Shown here: piece after piece, positions 29,744 to 38,792 of the stretch | Position numbering within the stretch: the first letter of the stretch is position 1 | How the letters are laid out: each line of letters opens with the position of its first letter | Assembly: GCA_900542395.1 (NCBI GenBank) | Contig: UQNM01000001.1 | Coordinates: 863 to 64,862, forward strand | Origin: an uncultured Eubacteriales bacterium | Lineage (GTDB): Bacteria; Bacillota; Clostridia; Christensenellales; Aristaeellaceae | Length of the DNA: 64,000 bases | Direction of reading: 5' to 3' | The notes under the pieces: model-generated | Seen by the model: only the letters and a program-made list of their open reading frames with translations | Told to the model about the DNA's origin: nothing | Databases searched by the model: none | Position numbers and translations under genes: made by a program

Positions 29744-30853
29744 ATGCGCAAGAGGATTTCGGGTTTGATGGCGTTTATTTGTCTGTTGGTGGCGGCGGCT
29801 TCGGCGCTGGCGGCAGGCACGACGGTGACGACGTTCACGCCGTTTGCGGATATGGATTTCGCCGCGCAGGGGTACATGGATTTGATCACCGCGTGGGAAG
29901 ACGAAACCGGCAACATGGTGGAGGATTATTCCGGCCTGGAGGACGATCTGTTCATGGAGCAGATGCAGGAGATGGTGACCGCCGGCCGCGCGGATCTGGT
30001 CGTCGTGCCGCTGGGCAGCGGGCTGACGAAGGATCAGTTGGTCAGCGTGGACGAGCTGCTGGCCGCCGCGCCGGATTGCGGCGCGAAGCGGATGGACGCG
30101 ATGGCGGAGCGCGACGGCAGCGTGCTGCTCGCGCCGGTGCGCTTCAACTGGGAGGCGCTGTACGTCAACGCCGACGTGCTGGAGGCGAACGGCGTCGCCG
30201 TGCCGACGAATTACGACGAATTGATCATCGCCTGCGCGTCGCTGGCGCAGAAGGGGATTCTGCCGCTCGCCAACGCCATGTGCGAATGGCCGGAGATTGT
30301 GCTGGATTGCACGGCGATGATCGGCGCGCCTGCCGATCAATACGGACAGCAGACCTCGCTGGACGGCGCGAAGGCCGTGACGACGGCGCTCACGCAGGTC
30401 GGCGCGTTCGGCCTGGATCCGTGGAATCTGACGGACGAGCAGGCGAAGCAGGCGTTCATGGAGGGCGCGGCGGCGATGCGCTTTGACGGCAGCGATTTGG
30501 CCGAGCTGGTGCCCGAGGCGCGGCAGGAGCACGTCGTCGCCGTCGCCCTCGCGGGCATGGACGGGCAGGCGCGAACCGCGCTGGTCGGCACGCCGAGCTA
30601 TGGGCTGGCGCTCACCCGCGCCTGCTGGCAGGACAGTGCGCGCCGCGAGGCCGCCCTGTCTCTGGCTCAAAAGCTGCTCGGCGGCGACGGCGCGGCGATG
30701 ATTGGCGCGCCCGCGTATACGACCGCGCTGGGGAAGAGCGTGGCGCAGATGACCGCTTCGGCGACCGCCTGCGCGGGACTGCTGTATGACCTGAACCCCG
30801 ATCATTTTAACGAATGGTCGGAGAGCGTGGTTTCCGCGCTGATGTCGCTGTAA
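29744..30853 (+). CDS. secreted protein with an ABC-type solute-binding-protein-like fold
   Basis: Signal peptide; weak SBP-like composition; no cognate permease nearby. Confidence 0.5.
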   Translation: MRKRISGLMAFICLLVAAASALAAGTTVTTFTPFADMDFAAQGYMDLITAWEDETGNMVEDYSGLEDDLFMEQMQEMVTAGRADLVVVPLGSGLTKDQLVSVDELLAAAPDCGAKRMDAMAERDGSVLLAPVRFNWEALYVNADVLEANGVAVPTNYDELIIACASLAQKGILPLANAMCEWPEIVLDCTAMIGAPADQYGQQTSLDGAKAVTTALTQVGAFGLDPWNLTDEQAKQAFMEGAAAMRFDGSDLAELVPEARQEHVVAVALAGMDGQARTALVGTPSYGLALTRACWQDSARREAALSLAQKLLGGDGAAMIGAPAYTTALGKSVAQMTASATACAGLLYDLNPDHFNEWSESVVSALMSL

Positions 30854-31014
30854 TACTAATTCTTGTTAAAATGGCTTAATCCGCGCACCATCTTTTTCGC
30901 TCTGACTTTGCCTCGTTCCGTTCAACGTACCTCCAGTACGCCTCACTTCACTTGGCTTCGTCAGAACAAAAAATCTGATGCGCTCTGTTAAGCATTTTAA
31001 CTGCGAATTAGTAT
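30853..31014. repeat. ~160-bp low-GC segment bounded by 26-nt imperfect inverted repeats (ATACTAATTCTTGTTAAAATGGCTTAA / TTAAGCATTTTAACTGCGAATTAGTAT)
   Basis: Inverted repeats found by eye; possible MITE or small RNA with a long stem. Confidence 0.45.
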
Positions 31015-31024
31015 AAAAGAACAG

Positions 31025-31061
31025 AAAGAGCGCATGGCCGCGTTGGCCGTGCGCTCTTTTT
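31025..31061. terminator. Bidirectional rho-independent terminator
   Basis: aaagagcgcatggccgcgttggccgtgcgctcttt with T-runs on both strands; lies between convergent operons. Confidence 0.75.
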
Positions 31062-31153
31062 AGCGAATAGGAAATTGCATAAAATCGTCCGCGTAAGCAA
31101 AAATTTGATGCTTTTGCAGACTTCGGCGGAGGGGCAGGCGGGCTCAGCCCGCA

Positions 31154-32218
31154 TTATACCCGTTCCGCGACGAGGTCGCCCATCTGTGTGCAGCCGACCT
31201 TCGTGCGGCCCGCGGAGAAAATATCGCCGGTGCGGTAGCCCTCGTCGAGCACCTGCGAAACCGCGCGCTCAATCGCGGCGGCTTCCTGCTCGAGGCCGAG
31301 GCTGTGGCGCAGCAGCAGCGCGCCGGAGAGAATCGTGCCCAGCGGATTGGCGATGTCGCGCCCCGCGATGTCCGGGGCGCTGCCGTGAATCGGCTCATAC
31401 AGGCCGCGCGTCGTGCTGCCCAGACTGGCGGAGGGCATCATGCCCAGACTGCCCGCGATGGCGGCGCTCTCATCCGAGAGGATGTCGCCGAACAGGTTGC
31501 CGGTTATCATCACGTCAAACTGCGCCGGGTTCAGAATGAGCTGCATGGCGGCGTTGTCCACGTACATGTAGCTGACCTCGATCTCCGGGTATTCGCGGCT
31601 CAGGTGCTCGACCGTCTCGCGCCACAGGCGGCTGCACTCCAGCACGTTGGCCTTGTCCACCGAGCAGAGCTTGCCGCGGCGCTTTTTCGCCATTTCAAAG
31701 CCGATGCGCGCCAGACGCTCGACCTCCGGCACGGAATAAGCCATCTCGTCCGTCGCTGCCGCGCGATCCTCGCTGCGCCAGCGCTTGCCGAAGTAGATGT
31801 CGCCGGTCAGCTCGCGCAGGATCATAATGTCAATCGGCTTGGCGATGATGTCCGGGCGGAGCGGGCACGCGCCGGAAAGCTGCGGATGAATCGTACACGG
31901 GCGCAGGTTGGCAAACACCTGCATGCCCTTGCGCAGGGCGAGCAGCCCCTTTTCCGGGCGGCGGGCAGGCTCGACCGCGTCCCACTTCGGGCCGCCGACG
32001 CTGCCCATCAGCACCGCGTCCGCCGCGTTGCAGGCCGCCAGCGTCTCGTCCGTCAGCGGCACGCCGAATGTGTCGATGGATGCGCCGCCGAGCCTGCGCT
32101 CGTCAAAGCAGAATATGTGGCCGTATTTTTTCGCGACGGCGTTTAACACCTTGACCGCCTGCGCGACGATCTCCGGGCCGATGTAGTCGCCCGGCAAAGT
32201 GACGATATGGGCTTTCAT
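31154..32218 (-). CDS. leuB: 3-isopropylmalate dehydrogenase
   Basis: IDH/IMDH motifs. Confidence 0.9.
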   Translation of the reverse strand: MKAHIVTLPGDYIGPEIVAQAVKVLNAVAKKYGHIFCFDERRLGGASIDTFGVPLTDETLAACNAADAVLMGSVGGPKWDAVEPARRPEKGLLALRKGMQVFANLRPCTIHPQLSGACPLRPDIIAKPIDIMILRELTGDIYFGKRWRSEDRAAATDEMAYSVPEVERLARIGFEMAKKRRGKLCSVDKANVLECSRLWRETVEHLSREYPEIEVSYMYVDNAAMQLILNPAQFDVMITGNLFGDILSDESAAIAGSLGMMPSASLGSTTRGLYEPIHGSAPDIAGRDIANPLGTILSGALLLRHSLGLEQEAAAIERAVSQVLDEGYRTGDIFSAGRTKVGCTQMGDLVAERV

Positions 32219-32221
32219 GGC

Positions 32222-32722
32222 TCACGCCTTTCCCGCGATCTTTTCGCGAACGAAGTTTTCAATGCCGCCGACGGTGATGATCTTCTGGATGAACGGGGGG
32301 AACGGCGCGGCGGTGAAGCGCTCGCCGGTGGTGCGATCCTCGATCACGCCGGTATCCAGATGGACGGCCACCTCGTCGCCGTCGCGGATGGCCTTGGCCG
32401 CCGCCGGACACTCGATGATCGGCAGGCCGATATCAATCGAGTTGCGGTAGAAGATGCGGGCGAAGCTGTCCGCGATGACGAGCTGAATGCCGCTGGCCTT
32501 GATGGCGATGGGCGCGTGCTCGCGGGAGGAGCCGCAGCCGAAGTTGCGCCCCGCGACGATGATGCGGCTCGTTTCGCTCTTGCGCTTGAAATCGCTGTCC
32601 AGATCCTCCATGCAGTGAGCGGCCAGCTCGGCGGGATCGGTGGTGTTGAGGTAGCGGGCGGGGATGATGACGTCCGTATCAACGTGATCGCCGTATCGGA
32701 TGACGGTAGATTGAACGAACAT
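32222..32722 (-). CDS. leuD: 3-isopropylmalate dehydratase small subunit
   Basis: LeuD swivel-domain sequence; ATG immediately after the leuC stop. Confidence 0.85.
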   Translation of the reverse strand: MFVQSTVIRYGDHVDTDVIIPARYLNTTDPAELAAHCMEDLDSDFKRKSETSRIIVAGRNFGCGSSREHAPIAIKASGIQLVIADSFARIFYRNSIDIGLPIIECPAAAKAIRDGDEVAVHLDTGVIEDRTTGERFTAAPFPPFIQKIITVGGIENFVREKIAGKA

Positions 32723-32723
32723 G

Positions 32724-33983
32724 TTAGAGCACCTCCTCAGGCGTGGCGACGCGGCCCATGATGGCGGAAGCCGCGGCGACCGCCGGGCTGGCCAGAATGA
32801 TTTCGCTGCCGGTGTGACCCATGCGGCCGACAAAGTTGCGGTTGGTGGTGGAAACGGCGCGCTCGCCGTCGGCCAGAACGCCGCAGAAGCCGCCTAGACA
32901 CGGGCCGCAGGTCGGCATGGTGAAAATCGCGCCCGCGTCGATGAAGATATCCACCAGCCCCTCCTTCAGGCAGTCCTTGACGACCTGCTGGGTGCCTGGG
33001 ATGACGATGCAGCGCACGTGGTCGCTGACCTTGTGCCCCTTGAGAATCTGCGCGGCGACGCGCATGTCGCTGATGCGGCCGTTGGTGCAGCTCCCGATGA
33101 CGACCTGATCGATGGTCTGCCTGCACGCGCGCGCCGGACGGGTGTTTTCCGGCAGATGCGGCAGGGAGACGGTCATATCCAGCTCGTCGAGGTTGATGGT
33201 CACGGTGCGGCTGTATTCCGCGTCCGGGTCGGCCTCAAACGCCGTCCATTCGCGCGTCACGCGCCCCTTGAGGTATTCGCGGCAGACGTCGTCCACCGGG
33301 AAAATGCCGTTTTTCGCGCCCGCCTCGATGGCCATGTTCGCGATGGTCAGGCGGCCGTCCATCGGGATTTCCTTCACGCCGTCGCCGGTGAATTCGAGGG
33401 ACTGATACAGCGCGCCGTCCACGCCGATTTCGCCGATGAGGTGCAGAATCACGTCCTTGCCGCTGACCCACGGCTTCATTTTGCCGGTCAGCACGACCTT
33501 GACGGCCTCCGGCACCTTGAACCAACATTCGCCCGTCGCCATGCCCACGGCCATATCCGTCGAGCCCACGCCCGTGGAGAACGCGCCCACCGCGCCGTAG
33601 GTGCAGGTGTGGCTGTCCGCGCCGATGATGACCTCGCCGGGGGCGACGATGCCCTGCTCCGGCAGCAGCGCGTGCTCGATGCCCACGCGGCCGACCTCGT
33701 AATAGTGGACGATGTGCTGCGCGCGCGCGAATTCGCGCATCTGCTTGGCGAGCGTGGCGGCCTTGATGTCCTTGTTGGGGACGAAGTGATCCGGGATCAG
33801 CGCGATCTTCGCGGGGTCGAACACCTTGACCGCGCCCATCCGGCGAAACTCGTTGATGGCCACGGGGGCGGTGATGTCGTTGCCCAGCACAAGGTCAAGC
33901 TTGCACATGAGCAGCTCGCCCGCGCGGCAGCGCTCAACGCCGGCGGCGCGCGCGAGGATTTTTTGTGTCATGGTCATGCCCAT
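32724..33983 (-). CDS. leuC: 3-isopropylmalate dehydratase large subunit
   Basis: Aconitase-family Cys ligands; GAGGGAGG RBS. Confidence 0.9.
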   Translation of the reverse strand: MGMTMTQKILARAAGVERCRAGELLMCKLDLVLGNDITAPVAINEFRRMGAVKVFDPAKIALIPDHFVPNKDIKAATLAKQMREFARAQHIVHYYEVGRVGIEHALLPEQGIVAPGEVIIGADSHTCTYGAVGAFSTGVGSTDMAVGMATGECWFKVPEAVKVVLTGKMKPWVSGKDVILHLIGEIGVDGALYQSLEFTGDGVKEIPMDGRLTIANMAIEAGAKNGIFPVDDVCREYLKGRVTREWTAFEADPDAEYSRTVTINLDELDMTVSLPHLPENTRPARACRQTIDQVVIGSCTNGRISDMRVAAQILKGHKVSDHVRCIVIPGTQQVVKDCLKEGLVDIFIDAGAIFTMPTCGPCLGGFCGVLADGERAVSTTNRNFVGRMGHTGSEIILASPAVAAASAIMGRVATPEEVL

Positions 33984-34010
33984 AGCGGAAAAACCTCCCT
34001 CAAGAAAATG

Positions 34011-34290
34011 AAAAAGCCTCGCACACCTGCTTTTCGCAGGGGCGAGGCGAAAATGCCACACGGTACCACCCTGATTCGGCTCGCGCGCAAGCGCGGAAGC
34101 CCTCTTTTGCCTTAACGCGGCGGATTCGTCCTCTGCTCGGCACAGAGGCAGCTCGGGAGTGAGTTATCCCGCGTCCCCGCCGTCGGCTTGCACCGGGCGC
34201 CGACTCTCTGAAGGTCGGGGGCGCGTCTTTGTTCCGTCATTGCTTTTGCGGCTGAAAGCCGCCTTTCGCTTAAAAGCGATGTGCGATTTG
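34011..34290 (-). promoter_or_regulatory. T-box riboswitch leader (probable Leu, specifier AACUCA) with intrinsic terminator
   Basis: T-box motif AATCAGGGTGGTACCGTG (34059-34076, minus strand); terminator gcctcgcccctgcgaaaagcaggtgtgcgaggc + UUUUU at 34011-34048. Confidence 0.75.
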
Positions 34291-34296
34291 CGTATT

Positions 34297-34325
34297 ATTG
34301 TAATCCGAATGTGACAAGTTGTCAA
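34297..34325 (-). promoter_or_regulatory. sigma-A promoter TTGACA-17-TACAAT for the T-box/leuCDB transcript
   Basis: Consensus hexamers on the minus strand. Confidence 0.65.
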
Positions 34326-34334
34326 GTATGGAAA

Positions 34335-35726
34335 TCAATCCCCCGCCATGGCGCGGCGGCTCGAATGGATGAAATCGAACGAATTCAGGGTTTTACCGGC
34401 CATCACGCCGGTTGCGCGGCCGTTTTCGGCGGCGATTTCGCCGGATACGATGACAAAACGAATGCCCTCCGGCGCGGCGTCCGGGCGGCCGAGGCCGGGG
34501 AAATCCGCGCGGTCGCAAATCGTTTCGGGGTCGAAGACGAGCAGATCGGCGTCCATGCCCGCGCGGATGCGCCCCTTGCGCCCGAGCCCCATCGTCTGCG
34601 CGGGGAGGAGCGTCGTATGCGCAATCGCCTGCTCCCAGCTCAACTCGCCGCGCTCGATCACCATCTTGCGCAGATAGCGCGGGAAGCTGCCCGCGATCTG
34701 CGGGTGGCCTTCGCCGGGGGCGTAGCTGCCCGTGTCGGTGGAAACCATCGTCATCGGGTAGCGCTGAATGGTGTAGACGGCTTCCTCGCTGCCCGTGTTG
34801 ACCACCACCGCGTCGCACGGGTGCGCCGCGCGCAGGTGTTCATAGAGTGCTTGATCCGGCACGAGGCCGATGTGCTCGCCCGTGATGACCCGCAGGTGGC
34901 GCAGCTCGATGCCGTTGTCGCGCATGGTCACGGGCTCAAAGAGCGCCGAGCCGATGGAAGAACACCAATCCTTGTACATGCCGCTGTCCAGACGCATATC
35001 CACGCCGCGCGCGCGCGCCAGCTCCAGCATCTCCAGCGCCTTGTATTCGACGCCCACGCCGTATTGATACTCAAAGTGCGAGACGATCATCCGGCAGCCC
35101 GTGACCTCGGCCAGCTCGATGGCCTCGCTGAGCGAGTTGAGGTCGGTCATGGCGAACATGCGCGTGTCGATGGCGGCGGGTCTGCCATAGCGGCGCGCCA
35201 TCGTGCACAGCGCCTCCATCTCTTCCAGCGACGTGCCCGGCGCATAGCCCGGCCCGAGGGAAACGCCGGCCGCGCCGTTTTGCAGCGCGCGCTCGCAGAG
35301 GGCCTCCATCGTGTGCACCTGCGCGCGTTTGGCCGGGGCGAACAGATCGGTGGCGCCCGCCGCCTCGCGCAGCGCGCACAGGCCGATCATCTCCGCCTGA
35401 TGAATCGGAAATGCCGTCTGGCTGCGCAGAAATGCGTCTATATCCAGCGGGGAAAAGCCGCAGTTGCCGCCCACCGTCGTTGTGATGCCCTGAAGCAGGG
35501 AGAGCGTGCCGGTGTATTTGCAGCCGTCGATATGGCCGTGCGGGTCAATAAAGCCGGGGCAGACGAAGCAGCCGGAAGCGTCGATCACCCGCGCGTCCTT
35601 CGGCGCGCCCGACTGCGCCGGTTGGACGGCGGCGATGCGCCCGTCCTTGCAGAGCACATCGGCCTGAAAGCGCGACAGGGTCTCCGGGTCGATGACCGTG
35701 CCGCCGGAAATGAACAGCTTTGACAT
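34335..35726 (-). CDS. amidohydrolase-superfamily D-aminoacylase-like protein
   Basis: Metal-binding HxH (DPHGH) amidohydrolase fold; GGAGG RBS. Confidence 0.7.
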   Translation of the reverse strand: MSKLFISGGTVIDPETLSRFQADVLCKDGRIAAVQPAQSGAPKDARVIDASGCFVCPGFIDPHGHIDGCKYTGTLSLLQGITTTVGGNCGFSPLDIDAFLRSQTAFPIHQAEMIGLCALREAAGATDLFAPAKRAQVHTMEALCERALQNGAAGVSLGPGYAPGTSLEEMEALCTMARRYGRPAAIDTRMFAMTDLNSLSEAIELAEVTGCRMIVSHFEYQYGVGVEYKALEMLELARARGVDMRLDSGMYKDWCSSIGSALFEPVTMRDNGIELRHLRVITGEHIGLVPDQALYEHLRAAHPCDAVVVNTGSEEAVYTIQRYPMTMVSTDTGSYAPGEGHPQIAGSFPRYLRKMVIERGELSWEQAIAHTTLLPAQTMGLGRKGRIRAGMDADLLVFDPETICDRADFPGLGRPDAAPEGIRFVIVSGEIAAENGRATGVMAGKTLNSFDFIHSSRRAMAGD

Positions 35727-35873
35727 GGTTTTCTCCTCCATACTCCATCTTACGAACAGAAAAATATGGCGGTTCATCCGTCCTGAAAAACCCGCCCGAA
35801 ATCGGACGGGCATTTCAGGACGGGGCAGCAAAGCCGCCCCGCCCTTTTTGGCCGCACCAGCGGCCGGAAGGAA

Positions 35874-36938
35874 TCACTGCATGCTCAGCTTGAACGTCGT
35901 CCAGATATCCTGGTATTTCTGCTCGTCCTCGCTGGACAGGTTGCGCACATACTCCGCGTCGTCGATGCGGTCATAAATGCCGTTGAACACCGGGTTGTTC
36001 AGGTAGCTTTCGGAGAGGCTGGCCTTCGCCGCCTCGTTCGGGCTGCAATAATACTGCCACTCGGCGCAGACCGCCGCGACTTCCGGGCGCAGCAGGTACT
36101 GGAGGAAGCGGTTCGCGTTCTTGGCGTGCGGCGCGTTCACCGGGATGAAGCAGCCGTCGATGCCGAAGCCCAGCCCCTCTTCCGGCCAGACGACCTTCAA
36201 ATCCGGGTTGGCGTCCAGCGCCAGCGCGACGAACGGGGTGAAGGTGTAGGCCACGGCGATGTCGCCGGAAACCAGATAGTTGTGCAGGTTCTCATATTCG
36301 AGCACGTGGATGTTGCTGCGCAGCGCGTCGAGCTTTTCCGCTGCCTCCGCGAGCACCGCGTCGTCGGTGGTGTTCATGCTCTGGTGCATGGAGAGCAGCA
36401 CCATGCCGATGGTCACGCGCGCGTCGTCGATCAGGCCGAGGCTGTCCTCAAGGGACGGATCCCACAGGTCGTTGAAGCCCTTGATGTCGATTTCCACCGC
36501 GGACGGATCGTAGACGATCAGCGGAATGCCGCTCACATACGGCACGACGTACTGGTTGTCCGGATCGAAGAACTGATGGGTGAAGCCCGCGTTCAGGTTG
36601 GAATAGTTATCCACGATGGCGGGGTCGAACGGCTGCATCAGCCCGGCTTCGCGGGTGGTGTTGAGCATGTAGTCGCTGGCCAGCACCACGTCGTAATCGC
36701 TGCCGTTCACCGCGGAGAGCTTTTCATACATCTCCTCGTTGCTGGAGAAGGTCGCATAGTTGACCTTGATGCCCGTCTCCTCCTCAAACGGCTTGATGAC
36801 GGTCGAGTAGTCGATGTAACCTTCCCAGGTGAAGACGTTGAGCACGGCCTCGTCGGTCTTGTTCTCGGTCTCCGCCAGGGCGCAGCCGCCGATGGTCAGC
36901 AGCGCAAGCAGCAGGCAAAACAGTTTCTTCATGTCCAT
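35874..36938 (-). CDS. potD: spermidine/putrescine ABC transporter substrate-binding lipoprotein
   Basis: Lipobox LTIGGC; PotD-like sequence; operon with potABC. Confidence 0.8.
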   Translation of the reverse strand: MDMKKLFCLLLALLTIGGCALAETENKTDEAVLNVFTWEGYIDYSTVIKPFEEETGIKVNYATFSSNEEMYEKLSAVNGSDYDVVLASDYMLNTTREAGLMQPFDPAIVDNYSNLNAGFTHQFFDPDNQYVVPYVSGIPLIVYDPSAVEIDIKGFNDLWDPSLEDSLGLIDDARVTIGMVLLSMHQSMNTTDDAVLAEAAEKLDALRSNIHVLEYENLHNYLVSGDIAVAYTFTPFVALALDANPDLKVVWPEEGLGFGIDGCFIPVNAPHAKNANRFLQYLLRPEVAAVCAEWQYYCSPNEAAKASLSESYLNNPVFNGIYDRIDDAEYVRNLSSEDEQKYQDIWTTFKLSMQ

Positions 36939-37020
36939 GTCCCTCCTTGATTCAGGAACGATTGATCTATCTCAAACGCGGGATGCGTTTGATGCGGTTT
37001 CTTTGGGCTTTGCCCTTTAA

Positions 37021-37120
37021 CTCCTTCCGTCACGCCTACGGCGTGCCACCTCCCTCAACGAGGGAGGCAGGCAAGCGGAATACCGAAGGTCTGTCGGTGA
37101 GAATGACTGAAGGAGTCGGA
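37021..37120. repeat. Family C mosaic repeat, copy 1, in the potC-potD intergenic region
   Basis: Modules tccgtcacgcctacggcgtgcc, cctccctcaacgagggagg and ggcaggcaagcggaa..ccgaaggtct are shared with 42598-42740, 50720-50860, 56084-56268 and 61470-61575. Confidence 0.65.
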
Positions 37121-37125
37121 TTGAT

Positions 37126-37932
37126 TTATTTTAATCTCGCGTTGCTCCGGGCGGTCACCAGTTGGCTGAAGGCCACGCAGATAAAGATCACGCCGAGCAT
37201 CAGGGTGGAGAGCGCGTTGATCTCCGGTGTGCCGCCGGAACGCAGGCCGGTGTAGACCTTGAGCGGCAGGGTGGTCGTCTCCGCGCTGGTGACGAAGAAG
37301 GAGATCACTACGTCGTCAAGGCTCATCGCGGCGGAAAGCATCATGCCGGAGAGCACCGCCGGAAAGACCAGCGGCAGGGTGATGTCCTTCAAAACGCGCG
37401 CCGGGCTTGCGCCGAGGTCGCGCGCGGCCTCCGACAGCGAAGGATCCATGCCGATCAGGCGGGATTTGACGTTGATGAACACATAGGGGATGCAGAAGGT
37501 CGTGTGCGTCAGCACCAGCGCGCCCATGCCGAGCTTAAAGCCCACGGCGGTGAACACGGAGAGATACGCCATGCCCAGCACCAGCTCGGGGATCATCATC
37601 GGCAGGGTGGCGAGGGTTTCGACCGCGCCGCCGAGCTTCAGGTGTGACCGCGCCAGCCCGATTGCGCCCAGCGTGCCGATGCCGCCCGCCAGCAGGCTGG
37701 AGACGACGGCCAGAACCAGCGAATTTTTGAGCGCGTCGGCCATCAGGGCGTTGGAAAACAGGCGGCTGTACCAATCGGTCGTGAAGCCCTGCCAGCTTCC
37801 GATGGTGCGCCCGCTGTTGAAGGAATAGATGACGACCATCAGAATCGGCAGATAGAGGACGATCAGCACCAGCGTCAGATAGACGGGGGAAAAGATTTTG
37901 CGCTTTCTGCGCCGCTTCGCCTGCGCCATCAC
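37126..37932 (-). CDS. potC: spermidine/putrescine ABC transporter permease
   Basis: ABC TMD with EAA loop. Confidence 0.85.
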   Translation of the reverse strand: MMAQAKRRRKRKIFSPVYLTLVLIVLYLPILMVVIYSFNSGRTIGSWQGFTTDWYSRLFSNALMADALKNSLVLAVVSSLLAGGIGTLGAIGLARSHLKLGGAVETLATLPMMIPELVLGMAYLSVFTAVGFKLGMGALVLTHTTFCIPYVFINVKSRLIGMDPSLSEAARDLGASPARVLKDITLPLVFPAVLSGMMLSAAMSLDDVVISFFVTSAETTTLPLKVYTGLRSGGTPEINALSTLMLGVIFICVAFSQLVTARSNARLK

Positions 37933-38792
37933 ATCACCCCCAGATCATCGCCGCCGACCTTGCGATATAGCAGATAGATGCCGGCGGAAAGCGCGATGAG
38001 CACCATGCTCATCGCCGAGCCGACGTTCCAGTCGCGCACCTTGAGAAGCTGGTCGCGGATGAGGTTGCCCACCAGCACCAGACCGCCGCCCATGATATCC
38101 GACAGATAGAACAGGCCGACGCTGGGCACGAACACCAGCACGCAGCCGGCGAGAATGCCCGGCATGGTCAGCGGCAGCGTGACGGTGAGGAACGCCCGAA
38201 CGGGGCTTGCGCCCAGATCGCGCGAGGCCTCCACCAGCGTGAAATCCATCTTATCCACCGCGTTGTGGCACGGCAGAATCATAAAGGAAATCAGGCAGTA
38301 GACCATCGCCAGCAGCACCGAGCCGTAGGAGCCGAGAAACTTGATGTTTTTCTGAATCAGCCCCAGCGAGCGGAGCACGCCGTTGACCGGGCCGTTGGCC
38401 TGCAAAAGGATCTTCCAGCCGTAGATACGCACCAGCGCGCTCGTCCAGAACGGGATGATGACCAGCATCATCAGCAGCGCCTTCCATTTGCGCGGGGCGC
38501 GCGCCATGCAGTAGCCGAAGGGATAGCCCACCAGCAGGGAGATGACCGTCGTGAAGAACGCGAGCTGGAGGCTGTTGGCGAAGACCTTGAGATAATCCTC
38601 GCGCAGCAGCGCCTTGTAGTTGGCGAGCGTCAGCGGCATGCCGAATTGAAATTTGCCGCCCGTCACCAGCGACGTGCAGAGCACGTAGATCAGCGGCAGG
38701 GCGACCAGCAGCACGCCGAAGGCCGCCATCGGCGCGGTCATCAGCGCGTGGGTGCGCCGCTCGTGCGCCTGAAGGGTATTTTTACGCGCCAT
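37929..38792 (-). CDS. potB: spermidine/putrescine ABC transporter permease
   Basis: ABC TMD; start MARKNT overlaps the potA end. Confidence 0.8.
   Translation of the reverse strand: MARKNTLQAHERRTHALMTAPMAAFGVLLVALPLIYVLCTSLVTGGKFQFGMPLTLANYKALLREDYLKVFANSLQLAFFTTVISLLVGYPFGYCMARAPRKWKALLMMLVIIPFWTSALVRIYGWKILLQANGPVNGVLRSLGLIQKNIKFLGSYGSVLLAMVYCLISFMILPCHNAVDKMDFTLVEASRDLGASPVRAFLTVTLPLTMPGILAGCVLVFVPSVGLFYLSDIMGGGLVLVGNLIRDQLLKVRDWNVGSAMSMVLIALSAGIYLLYRKVGGDDLGVM

Noticed and set aside
29744-30853. Secreted SBP-like protein as part of an ABC importer
   Set aside because: No permease or ATPase genes adjacent and the match to the SBP family is weak. Annotated only as a secreted protein with an SBP-like fold.
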